Position numbers and translations under genes: made by a program. 64,000 bases of DNA, taken from the NCBI GenBank assembly GCA_963754775.1, contig CAVWHM010000023.1, positions 19,734-83,733 of the forward strand, given 5' to 3'. Positions 28,081 through 37,019 of this stretch are shown here, one piece after another. The first letter of the stretch is position 1. Each line of letters starts with the position of its first letter. The stretch comes from an uncultured Verrucomicrobiae bacterium (GTDB lineage Bacteria > Verrucomicrobiota > Verrucomicrobiia > Limisphaerales > UBA11358). The notes beneath the pieces are model-generated. The model was not told the DNA's origin and did no database searches. It saw only the letters and a program-made list of their open reading frames with translations.

Positions 28081-29301
28081 TTACGCCACCCGCGCCGTCA
28101 GCAACAAATCCGGGCCGAGCCGTTTCCACTCGACGTCGCGAAGCGGAAGCGCATCCGCCAGGGATTTCGCACCTTCGCCCGCCACGGCCTTTCGTGAATC
28201 GCGTCCGCCCAGAATTTTCGGCGCATAAAAAAACGCCACGCGGTGCGCGAGTCCGCCGAGCAAAAATGATGCATTCACCTCGCCACCGCCTTCGACCAGC
28301 AGGCTCATGACGTTTTCGGCGGCGAGTTTTCGAAGCAACCAGGGCAAGTTGATTTGTGGGTGGGACGGGGCTGCTGACGAGCCGGCTCGCGAGGACACTC
28401 GCCCCACCTTGATTGTGGGCGCAACCATGACGTTCACGCGTTTGGCCAGTGTTGCCACGCGGGGCTTCGGCGCACGATTGCACACGACAATCGTCGTCAG
28501 CGCGGCATATTTGTCGCTCACGACTTTGGCCTTCAACGGCGTCCGCGCCAGCGAATCCAAAACAATCCGGCGCAGTCGCGGATTGTGGACTGTGGACTGT
28601 GGACTGTGGACTGGCCGAAACGTCAGACTCGGATTGTCCGCCAGAATTGTGTTGATGCCCACCAGGACCGCATCGCTGCCTTGCCGGAGTTTCATTCCGT
28701 ACGCGCGTGCTTTCTCGCCGGTGATCCATTTCGATTCGCCGCTGGCAGTGGCAATTTTACCGTCCAAGGTCATCGCCGCCTTGACGGTGACAAATGGCAT
28801 GCGATGGACAATCCAGTGATTAAATGCCTCGTTCAGCCGCACACACTCATCGGCAAGTTTTTGGTGGGGCGAGGCTACTGACGAGCCGTGCTCCGGCTCG
28901 CGAGGACGCTCGCCCCACCGCGTCACATCAATCCCTGCGCGTTTCAGAATCTTGAATCCCTTTCCCGCGTGTTTCGGGTTCGGGTCAACTGCACCAACAA
29001 CCACGCGCTTGATGCCGGCGACGATGATGGCGTCGGTGCAGGGCGGCGTGCGACCGTGCGTGGAACACGGTTCGAGCGTCACGTAAAGCGTCGCTCTACT
29101 CAAATTGTGGCCGCGTTTCTGCGCATCGCGGAGCGCCTCGATTTCCGCGTGCGGCAGGCCTGCGCGCCGGTGCCAGCCACGCCCGATGATTTTGCCGCCC
29201 TTCACCAAAACCGCGCCGACCATCGGATTTGGCGAAGTCATGCCGTAACCGCGCCGGGCGAGCCGGAGGGCGAGGCGCACGAATTGATGATGATTAACCA
29301 C
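28081..29301 (-). CDS. ribD: Bifunctional pyrimidine deaminase/reductase RibD with three repeat-derived inserts
   Basis: SPNPMVGAV, HAE, TLEPCS..PPC, AMTLDGK, LVEGGG. Confidence 0.95.
   Translation of the reverse strand: MVNHHQFVRLALRLARRGYGMTSPNPMVGAVLVKGGKIIGRGWHRRAGLPHAEIEALRDAQKRGHNLSRATLYVTLEPCSTHGRTPPCTDAIIVAGIKRVVVGAVDPNPKHAGKGFKILKRAGIDVTRWGERPREPEHGSSVASPHQKLADECVRLNEAFNHWIVHRMPFVTVKAAMTLDGKIATASGESKWITGEKARAYGMKLRQGSDAVLVGINTILADNPSLTFRPVHSPQSTVHNPRLRRIVLDSLARTPLKAKVVSDKYAALTTIVVCNRAPKPRVATLAKRVNVMVAPTIKVGRVSSRAGSSAAPSHPQINLPWLLRKLAAENVMSLLVEGGGEVNASFLLGGLAHRVAFFYAPKILGGRDSRKAVAGEGAKSLADALPLRDVEWKRLGPDLLLTARVA
28359..28408 (-). repeat. GTGG REP-like doublet (family D) in frame in ribD
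   Basis: Peptide VGRVSSRAGSSAAPSH; arms match 28863-28919. Confidence 0.75.
28584..28611 (-). repeat. (TGTGGAC)x4 perfect heptamer array in ribD
   Basis: Four exact copies; peptide VHSPQSTVHN. Confidence 0.85.
28863..28919 (-). repeat. GTGG REP-like doublet (family D), 57 bp in frame in ribD
   Basis: GGTGGGGCGAG...CTCGCCCCACC; peptide WGERPREPEHGSSVASPH; a half copy lies at 28053-28077. Confidence 0.85.
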
Positions 29302-29800
29302 GGCTAATTTTTTTCTTCAGAAATTTCCCGAATTCGTCAATGTCCGCAGCTTGTTTGAATTCGTATTTGAAAATGGGGAATTCAGCCTGACCAAATCGCA
29401 GCCAAAATGCGTTGTGGCGTTCGTCAAAGCCAGTTAGCAACCGCCAGTTTTTATTTTCGCTCCAGAAATCTTTTATCCCGCGCTCGTAACCATCATCGCT
29501 TAGAATCACGTAATAATGCCCCGTTGCCGGCGCCATGTGACTCTTTTGTTCTTTCCGCTTTTTGTATGTGTTGATCAGAACAACACACAGTAAAATGAAA
29601 CCACAAAGGGAAAAACCCCCTCCGATAAAGGTCGTGCCAGATTCGTTTGCAGTCTGATTCAGGTAATATGACTCGCAGGCGAGCAAAAGCAGAAAAATAA
29701 CCACACAGATTAACAGCGCAGGTGTTTGCAAAAGCATCAGGAAAAAATCCCACTTTTGTTTCGGGTAGTCGCAGACTGGCTTCTGAATTTCAATCCGCAT
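29294..29800 (-). CDS. Hypothetical membrane protein (lower GC, YcxB-like topology)
   Basis: Two TM segments and a soluble C-terminus; inserted between ftsY and ribD. Confidence 0.5.
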   Translation of the reverse strand: MRIEIQKPVCDYPKQKWDFFLMLLQTPALLICVVIFLLLLACESYYLNQTANESGTTFIGGGFSLCGFILLCVVLINTYKKRKEQKSHMAPATGHYYVILSDDGYERGIKDFWSENKNWRLLTGFDERHNAFWLRFGQAEFPIFKYEFKQAADIDEFGKFLKKKISRG

Positions 29801-29815
29801 AAATATTGTTTCCTT

Positions 29816-30760
29816 TCATTCCTCAAACAACGCCTGCGCGAATTGTTTGGCATCGAAAGGTTGCAAGTCGTCCGGCTGCTCGCCGAGACCGATGAATTTG
29901 ATGGGCAGACCGAGTTCCTGCTGGATGGCCACGACCATGCCGCCTTTGCTCGTGCCATCGAGCTTGGTCACGACCAGGCCGGTAATGGGCACGGCTTTGT
30001 TGAACTCACGCGCCTGGTTGAGCGCGTTCATGCCGGTCGTCGCGTCGAGCACGAGCAGCACTTCGTGCGGCGCCCCCGGCAGTTGCTTGCCGATGACGCG
30101 ATGCAGTTTCTGCAATTCCTGCATCAAATTGTGCTTGGTGTGCAGGCGGCCCGCCGTGTCAATGAACAGGTAATCCGCCTTGCGCGCCTGCGCCGCCGTG
30201 ACCGCGTCGTGCGCCACGGATGCCGCGTCCGCGCCGTAAGCGCCCGCAACGACCTCGACTTTCAATCGTTGTCCCCACAATTTGATTTGTTCGATGGCGG
30301 CGGCGCGAAACGTGTCGCACGCTGCGAGCAAGGCGGATTGCCCGCGCAATTGAACGGCATGGGCGAGCTTGGCGGCGGCGGTGGTTTTGCCCGTGCCGTT
30401 GACGCCGACGATGGAAACCACGGTCGGGCCATGTGCCGCTTTGATCAAATCAGTTTTATTCGAGCCCCCGGTCTCCGCCAGAGGCTTCGACGCGGCAAGC
30501 AGACTCTTCTCCACTTCCGCCCGTGCCACGCTGAAAACATCCAGTCCTGCGCCGCCCTGGGTTTCGTAGGTATGTTTGACTGCGGCGATGATTTGCGCGG
30601 TTACGGTCAGGCCGAGGTCGGCGGCGATGAGCGCAGCTTCGAGTTCTTCCAGCGACGCCGCGTCCAGCTTCGGCGAGCGCGTGACAATGCGTTTGATTTC
30701 GTGGGCCAGCTTGCTGTGCGTTTTTTGCAGGCCGGCGCGAAATTTCTGGAAAAGTCCCAT
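29816..30760 (-). CDS. ftsY: SRP receptor FtsY
   Basis: GVNGTGKTT, DTFRAAA, DTAGRLH, TKLDGTSKGG; short repeat-like insert at about 30466-30500. Confidence 0.95.
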   Translation of the reverse strand: MGLFQKFRAGLQKTHSKLAHEIKRIVTRSPKLDAASLEELEAALIAADLGLTVTAQIIAAVKHTYETQGGAGLDVFSVARAEVEKSLLAASKPLAETGGSNKTDLIKAAHGPTVVSIVGVNGTGKTTAAAKLAHAVQLRGQSALLAACDTFRAAAIEQIKLWGQRLKVEVVAGAYGADAASVAHDAVTAAQARKADYLFIDTAGRLHTKHNLMQELQKLHRVIGKQLPGAPHEVLLVLDATTGMNALNQAREFNKAVPITGLVVTKLDGTSKGGMVVAIQQELGLPIKFIGLGEQPDDLQPFDAKQFAQALFEE

Positions 30761-30763
30761 GAG

Positions 30764-31665
30764 TTAATGCGGAGTGCGCCCGTTCTCCGCAGCAGGGCCG
30801 CTGCGGCGAGGGGAGTGTGCGGAGCGCGAAATTTCCGCCCCCGACTTTCGACTCTCGACCCGCGACTTGAGCCTTTCCACGTGTTCATAGGGCAGTTTGA
30901 CGGTGCCGATGAGCGGCTTGCCCTTGCTGAAGCCGTGGCAGTCGGAGCCACCCGTTACGAGCAAGTGAAATTTATCGGCGATTTCCAAATAGCGCCCGGA
31001 CGCCGCCGTCGAGTGTTTTGTGTGAAAACATTCAATGCCGTCCAGCCCGGCGTCCACGAGCATGGGAATGATATCGTCCGTGCGATTCAAACCGGGGTGT
31101 GCCATCACCGCGAGGCCACCGGCCTGATGAATCAACTCGACGCCTTCGAGCGCGGACATCTTGGCTTTCGGGACCCATGCCGGACGGCCTTTTTTCAGAA
31201 AACGGTCGAACGCTTCGTCGAGTGATTTGCACAGGCCGGCCTTCACGAGGGCGCGCGCGACGTGGGGCGCCCCGGTGATTTGCAATTGGCCAGCGCAAAA
31301 ACCGTTTCCACCTCCAGCGGCACATTCAATTCGTTGAGCTGCGCCACCATTTCCCGGATGCGATCCTGCCGGACGGCCTGAAACCGGGCGATATCCACGA
31401 GCAATTTTTCGTTTTGCGTGTCCACGAAATAGCCGAGCAGGTGAAGCTCGGTGTCGTTGTGTTCGGCGGTGAGTTCCGTGCCGGTAATAAATTCAATCCC
31501 CGCGGCCCCGCAAGCTGCCGCCATGCGCGCGCAGCCTTCGACCGAATCGTGGTCCGTCAACGCCATCGCCGCGAAGCCGAGCCGCTGGCCGTGCCCGGCC
31601 AGTTCCTCCGGTGAAAACGTGCCGTCGGAAAAATGCGTGTGCAGATGGAGATCGGCGAATTTCAT
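30764..31665 (-). CDS. PHP domain protein (TrpH/YciV-like); apparent frameshift at about 31265
   Basis: DLHLHTHFSDG, LTDHD, AHP, GGSDCHG split across two ORFs; one extra base in the G run restores GRPHVA. Confidence 0.8.
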
Positions 31666-32162
31666 TTCACAATTCTGGCAGGGCGCATCAATTCGCCGCG
31701 CACTTTGTCCAGAATGCCGTTGACGAACTTCCCGCTGTCCTGCGTGGAGAACTTTTTGGCGATGTCCACCGCCTCGTTGATGCTGACCACGGGCGGAATG
31801 TCCTCGCGGAACAGCATCTCGTAAATCGCCAGCCGCATGATATTGCGGTCCACTGTGGCGATGCGGTGGAAATCCCAGTTTTTCGCGTGCTGCCGGATGC
31901 GTGTGTCAATTTCCTCGCGGCGCTCGATGACGCCGCGAATGAGCGGGTCGGCAAACAATCGCGTCTCGGCCTCCTCGGCGGTCGGCGGCGGCAGTTCATG
32001 GGGCTGGCCCCACGTCGCCGGGCCTTTTTCCTCGGCGATGGCCGCCGCGCGCTGTGTGCCCCAGAATTCATCGAGCGCCCGATTCAAATCCTCCGGTGGA
32101 TTCAAATCGTGCTGAAACAGAAATTGCACGGCGCGTTCGCGCGCCTCGCGGCGTTTGCCCAT
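31662..32162 (-). CDS. nusB: Transcription antitermination factor NusB
   Basis: RREARERAVQFLFQ, DRNIMRLA, INEAVDIAK, FVNGILD. Confidence 0.95.
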   Translation of the reverse strand: MGKRREARERAVQFLFQHDLNPPEDLNRALDEFWGTQRAAAIAEEKGPATWGQPHELPPPTAEEAETRLFADPLIRGVIERREEIDTRIRQHAKNWDFHRIATVDRNIMRLAIYEMLFREDIPPVVSINEAVDIAKKFSTQDSGKFVNGILDKVRGELMRPARIVK

Positions 32163-32244
32163 AAATCAACTCAATGATGCCGCAGAAAATCGTGTGGGGG
32201 AAATGAAAAATTGCGCGTGGGCGGGCCTGCGCTATTTTGTTCGC

Positions 32245-32640
32245 ATGAGCAAAGTGAACAAACTGTTGCACACGCGCTACCGGGTGAACGATCTGGAACG
32301 CACCGTCAAATTTTACCGCGACGTGCTGGGCCTTCAGGAAATCAAGCGGCACAAATCGCCGCGCGGTTCGGAGCTGGTTTTTTTCAAGGCGCCGGAAGGC
32401 GACGAGGAAATTGAAATCTGCAGTTTCCCGGCCGCCGGCCCGGTGCAGGTGCAGGCCGACCTCACGCATCTTGCGTTTGAAGTGGACAGCCTCGAGGAAT
32501 TCGGCAGACACCTGGCGAAGCACGGCCTGAAATATTCCGACGGCCCGACGAACACTTCCACCGGCACGGTCTTCGCGTTCATTGACGCGCCGGAAGGCTA
32601 CGAAATCGAACTCATCCAAAAAGGCAAAGGGAACTACTGA
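32245..32640 (+). CDS. VOC/glyoxalase family protein
   Basis: LLHTRYRVNDLE, HLAFEV, PEGYEIELI. Confidence 0.85.
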   Translation: MSKVNKLLHTRYRVNDLERTVKFYRDVLGLQEIKRHKSPRGSELVFFKAPEGDEEIEICSFPAAGPVQVQADLTHLAFEVDSLEEFGRHLAKHGLKYSDGPTNTSTGTVFAFIDAPEGYEIELIQKGKGNY

Positions 32641-32684
32641 TTTTCCCCGGACCCCAAATCCCAGATCCGAGACCCTAAACTCAC

Positions 32685-33584
32685 ATGAGCGTTTTAATTG
32701 TCGGTTCCACCGCACTCGATTCCATCAAAACTCCGAACGCGGAAAACCCGCGCCTGCTCGGCGGGTCGGCCAGCCACGCTGCCGTGGCCGCGAGCTTTTT
32801 CAGCCCGGTCAAATTGATCGGGGTTGTCGGTGACGATTTCCCGAAGAAATATCTCCAGCTTTACCGGCGGCACAAAATTGACCTTGAAGGCTTGCAAATC
32901 CGCCCCGGCAAAACGTTTCACTGGTCGGGCGAATACGAAGAAAACATGAATCGCCGCCGCACGCTCGAAACCGAACTCGGCGTGTTCGAGACTTTCACGC
33001 CCACGCTGCCGGAATCTCATCGGCGCGTGTCGTTCGTCCTGCTGGCGAATATTGCGCCTGCCTTGCAGCACCACGTGCTTGATCAGATGGCGCGCCCGCG
33101 CTTTGTCGCCGCCGACACGATGGATTTGTGGCTGAACATTGCGCTGCCGGATTTGCTGCGCCTGCTCAAGCGCGTGGACCTGTTCATCCTCAACGACAGC
33201 GAAGCGCACCAGTTGACGAAGGAAGACAACGTCATCGCCGCGCTGCCCAGGCTCCACAAGCTCGGCCCGCGTTACGTCATCATCAAAAAGGGCGAGCACG
33301 GCGCGATTTTGTCATCACCGAAAGGCCTGTTCGTTGCGCCGGCCTATCCATTGAAAAAACTTGTGGACCCGACCGGCGCGGGCGATTCGTTCGCCGGCGG
33401 TCTGATGGGTCATCTGGCGACGGCGCGAGGCCCGCTCGAAGCGAACCTCCGCCGCGCGATGATTTACGGTAGCGTTGTGGCGTCCTTCTGTTGCGAGGGT
33501 TTCGGCCTGACTCGAACCACCAAAATCAAGCGCCCCCACATTGACCGGCGCGTGAAAGAACTGGAAAAGCTTACGAGGTTCTGA
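32685..33584 (+). CDS. PfkB family carbohydrate kinase
   Basis: LGGSAS, KKGEHG, DPTGAGDSFAGG. Confidence 0.92.
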   Translation: MSVLIVGSTALDSIKTPNAENPRLLGGSASHAAVAASFFSPVKLIGVVGDDFPKKYLQLYRRHKIDLEGLQIRPGKTFHWSGEYEENMNRRRTLETELGVFETFTPTLPESHRRVSFVLLANIAPALQHHVLDQMARPRFVAADTMDLWLNIALPDLLRLLKRVDLFILNDSEAHQLTKEDNVIAALPRLHKLGPRYVIIKKGEHGAILSSPKGLFVAPAYPLKKLVDPTGAGDSFAGGLMGHLATARGPLEANLRRAMIYGSVVASFCCEGFGLTRTTKIKRPHIDRRVKELEKLTRF

Positions 33585-33596
33585 AAATCATAGGGC

Positions 33597-34484
33597 ATGA
33601 CCATTGAGCAAAAATCGGAACTCAATCGGTTTGTTGACCAATCTATTCCGCTGACTTGGGATTATCGGTGGCGGCAATTGAAAATGTTGCTGCCGCTTTT
33701 GGTTTTTACTTGTGTATGTCTTCTGGAAATGGGCGTTTGGAAAGCTTGGCTTGCCGACAAACTCTCTTTTGATTTTATCCTCACTCTTTTAGGCGGATGT
33801 CTTGTCCTGTTTCTTTTTATCTTTGGGATATTGGAAATTCAAATTCGAACCGGGCAACGTTCAAAACGAGTCATGCAGATTGAAGACAAGAGAATTATTG
33901 TCAGGCCTGCAAAAAACCAGTTCATCCGATGGAAGCGTGTTTCGAAGTTTCAGTTTGAACCTATTCCCGAAGCCCCGGGCTTGATGAAATTGAAGCTGTT
34001 TGGCCTTGCGTCAAAAAAGCCGCGCAGGGCGATTTGGTCAATGGTACTGGAAAATCCGGCACAAGTGCAGGAGTTGATCGGATCTCTGCAAAAGAGGGCG
34101 GCGGAAGTCCCGACCAATTATCAAATTGAGCTTTTGGAGAAACCGATGCCATTGGAGCATCCTGCCCGGTTTTCTTTTCTTGGATCGTCAATTTATTTGA
34201 GCGGAATGTTTTTGCTGCTTCATGGCGTGCCCATGTTGTTCGCGACATTGGGCCGAAGTCATCACGATTCGGATGGAAATTCAAAACTACCACTGGCAGA
34301 AATCGCCAAGCTCAACCATTTCTTCTTGAAACATTTTTCAAGCAAGGAAGAGTTTCGCCACTTTTTGCTGACGCTAAGTATTATTTTAATTGTTGCCGGA
34401 GTATTTCTGCTGATTTTGGGTTGGTTGCTGATGAATCGCAAAAAGGTCGGCGAGCCAAACGCGCTGACATCGACCAGCGCGTGA
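33597..34484 (+). CDS. Hypothetical membrane protein (lower GC) between direct repeats
   Basis: 295 aa ORF with 4 TM segments, flanked by copies of the pfkB 3' end. Confidence 0.6.
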   Translation: MTIEQKSELNRFVDQSIPLTWDYRWRQLKMLLPLLVFTCVCLLEMGVWKAWLADKLSFDFILTLLGGCLVLFLFIFGILEIQIRTGQRSKRVMQIEDKRIIVRPAKNQFIRWKRVSKFQFEPIPEAPGLMKLKLFGLASKKPRRAIWSMVLENPAQVQELIGSLQKRAAEVPTNYQIELLEKPMPLEHPARFSFLGSSIYLSGMFLLLHGVPMLFATLGRSHHDSDGNSKLPLAEIAKLNHFFLKHFSSKEEFRHFLLTLSIILIVAGVFLLILGWLLMNRKKVGEPNALTSTSA

Positions 34485-34513
34485 AGGAACAGGAAAAGCT
34501 GACGAGGTTCTAG
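34467..34513 (+). repeat. Second copy of the pfkB 3' end (33538-33584)
   Basis: 40/45 nt identical, still reads IDQRVKEQEKLTRF-stop. Confidence 0.85.
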
Positions 34514-34595
34514 CCGCCGATTACGTGGTTTGCGTTTAAATGTCTGGCGTGAAAAATCCGTGTTCATCCGTGTCATCCGTGGTTAAATTCCGCCC

Positions 34596-35357
34596 GTGAA
34601 AGCCGTCATTTTGGCCGCTGGCAAGGGCACGCGCATGAAGGAACTCACCAACGAGTTGCCCAAGCCCATGCTCCGCGTCCAGGGCAAACCGATCCTCGAA
34701 CACATCATTGCAGGAATTCTGGCGGTGGGCGTTCGCGACATCTTCATCGTCACCGGCTGGCGCGCTGACGTGATCGAAAACCATTTTGGCGACGGCAAGA
34801 AATTTGGCGCAAACATCGCATTCGGCCGGCAGGTGGTCCAGGACGGCACGGGCAAGGCGCCGGAAGCGGCGAAGAAATTCGCCGGCGACTCTCCATTTCT
34901 GCTGACTTACGGAGACATCCTGGTTCCGCCCGAAACCTATCCGCAAATGATACGGCGTTTTGGCGAAGGCGATTTCGCCGGGGTCATCACCGTCACGCGC
35001 GGAGAGGACGTGGCCAAGGGCGGGCTGAACTTTTTCGATGAACAATTTTGCCTGAAACGGCTGGTGGAAAAACCCTCGCGCGAACAGTTGGAACAATTGC
35101 GCCGGGACGGCTGGCTCAAGCCCAACGCGCCGGTCTGGTATAACGCGGGCATTTACATTTTCCGCCCGTCGCTGTTCGACTTCACGGCGCGCCTGCAAAA
35201 GTCGCCGCGCGGCGAATATGAATTGACTGACGCCATCAGCGCGATGATTGCCGCCGGACAAAAGCTGGCCGGGTTGGAGATTCAAGGCCGCTGGGTGGAT
35301 GTGCGCGACCCGGAAACGCTGGCGAGGTTGGATAAGGAAACGCAGGAGCCGACGTGA
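34596..35357 (+). CDS. Sugar-phosphate nucleotidyltransferase family protein
   Basis: AVILAAGKGTRM, PKPML, YGD, EKP, RGEYELTDA. Confidence 0.9.
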   Translation: MKAVILAAGKGTRMKELTNELPKPMLRVQGKPILEHIIAGILAVGVRDIFIVTGWRADVIENHFGDGKKFGANIAFGRQVVQDGTGKAPEAAKKFAGDSPFLLTYGDILVPPETYPQMIRRFGEGDFAGVITVTRGEDVAKGGLNFFDEQFCLKRLVEKPSREQLEQLRRDGWLKPNAPVWYNAGIYIFRPSLFDFTARLQKSPRGEYELTDAISAMIAAGQKLAGLEIQGRWVDVRDPETLARLDKETQEPT

Positions 35358-35427
35358 GGAGGCTCTGACTTTAATTCCGCACTCCGCACTCCGCATTTGA
35401 TTTGAGACTCGTCACCTCGTCTCCTAC
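35342..35427. repeat. REP-like doublet (family C) enclosing (TCCGCAC)x3; provides both convergent stop codons
   Basis: gcaggagccgacgtgaggaggctc...gagactcgtcacctcgtctcctac. Confidence 0.75.
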
Positions 35428-36197
35428 CCAACAAACTTTGGCTCGAACACCGGGCCGAGGCCGTGTTTCTGGAGCAATTCGGCGAATTTTGCGATGGCGC
35501 GCTTTTCGTCCGAGGCCAGGTGGTAATGCACGTGCCAGCCGAGGTAATCCCGGCGGAAATCCTCGTCGTATTCCTCGCGGGTTTCGATCAGGTAATCCAG
35601 GTTCTCGAGGCCGAATTGTTTCGCTTCCAGCAGTTCGCGGCGCAGTTCCTTGTTTTCAACGCCACGTCGCAAAGCCCACACGGCAAACACAAAGGGCAGA
35701 TGGGTCAGCTCATACCACGCCGTGCCGAGATCGAAGATTTCGTGCTCGTGCGGGGCGCGTTGGAAGTCAATCGCCGGATCGCCGATGAGCAGCACGGCGT
35801 CGTGTTCCGCCGCCCTTTGCGGGTCAGGCAGCGGCTTGAATTCCGGCTTCAACCCGCGTTCCGCCAGCAATACCTTCAATAGATTCAAGCCCGATAACGA
35901 CGCGGTATGGCAATAAATCTCCTTCAGCTTCGCGAGTGGCTGGCGATGGGCGAGCAGTACGCTGTAAACCTCGCCGAGTGACGCGATGGCAATGCCGTCG
36001 AGAATGTCATAGCGGTCGGTGAGCAAAACCTCCGCCGTGCTGACAAGCGCGGCGTCGAGTTCATCGCGCCGGAGCATTTCGGCGAGTTCAGCGGGCGTGG
36101 CAAAAATGACCGTGTCCTCGATGCCGCGCGTGAGCGGCACGGCGTTGAGATATTGCACCGAACCAATGCGGAATTTTGGAACTTCGGCGGCGGACAT
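35424..36197 (-). CDS. mqnA: Chorismate dehydratase (futalosine pathway)
   Basis: IGSVQYLNAVPL, LLIGDPA, DLGTAW..THLPFVFAVW. Confidence 0.88.
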   Translation of the reverse strand: MSAAEVPKFRIGSVQYLNAVPLTRGIEDTVIFATPAELAEMLRRDELDAALVSTAEVLLTDRYDILDGIAIASLGEVYSVLLAHRQPLAKLKEIYCHTASLSGLNLLKVLLAERGLKPEFKPLPDPQRAAEHDAVLLIGDPAIDFQRAPHEHEIFDLGTAWYELTHLPFVFAVWALRRGVENKELRRELLEAKQFGLENLDYLIETREEYDEDFRRDYLGWHVHYHLASDEKRAIAKFAELLQKHGLGPVFEPKFVG

Positions 36198-36214
36198 TTC
36201 AGGCGATAAACGGT

Positions 36215-37019
36215 TTAAGGGATGTACTGGCTCTTGGAATAACTGATCAACTCGGCTTCTTCCTCAGATGTCGGAATGGCCAGCGTGAACGCCGTGCGCC
36301 GGCTTAAAAGGACGGTGGTTTCCCGTTTGCTGAAATTGTCGAGGTAGTAAACGAACAGGTAAGTCCCGGGTTGTGGTCCGCGCTTGATGTCAATTTTCTT
36401 GTAGCCGTCGAGCCAGGTCGGGTTCTCCGTGTCCAAGAATAAAACCAACAAAGTCCCGGCCCGGTTTGGAAGTGTCTCGCATAATGCCGATGCGATGGGG
36501 AACCCGTCCGAGCATATTCCAGATGCCTTCAATCGGATCGAGGCTCCGTTGATTCGCCTTGAGGTAGGCGGCGAATTCTCCTTCCGGGATGGTGATGGTT
36601 TCCCAGGTATCCGAGTAGCGGAGCAAATCGGCCACCAGGCGAAAATCCGCGTTCGCAAAATCCGGTTGTTCCATGGTTTTGATCTGGATGGCATCGGCGC
36701 CTTTTTCCCGGGCGGCTTGCATTACTTTGAACATCTCGCTTTCGACCGAGCCTCCCCGCATCGTGAAGTGGCCGCCGCCAACGGAAACGGTCCCGATCAC
36801 TTCGCAAGGCCGGGGAACGGTCATGTCCTCCGTATAAACGAGGATGGGATAATCAGCCGGCTTTGCCGGTCCAGCGGCCGCTTTGGGTTTATACGTCATC
36901 ACGGTTGAGCAGCCGGTCAGTATCAATGTTGAAAAAAGAAACAGCACCAGATAACAAACGGGCGCGGCGCTTAAATAATGCGCCGGTCCGAGACGGAATT
37001 TTAGCGTGTCCTTAGTCAT
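36215..37019 (-). CDS. Hypothetical lipoprotein; apparent frameshift at about 36435
   Basis: LTGC lipobox; joining two ORFs gives DFVGFILDTENPTW. Confidence 0.5.

Noticed and set aside
33538-34513. DGR template/variable repeat pair (also 12842/13035), prompted by the Avd-like gene
   Set aside because: Mismatches are not adenine-specific and no reverse transcriptase is present
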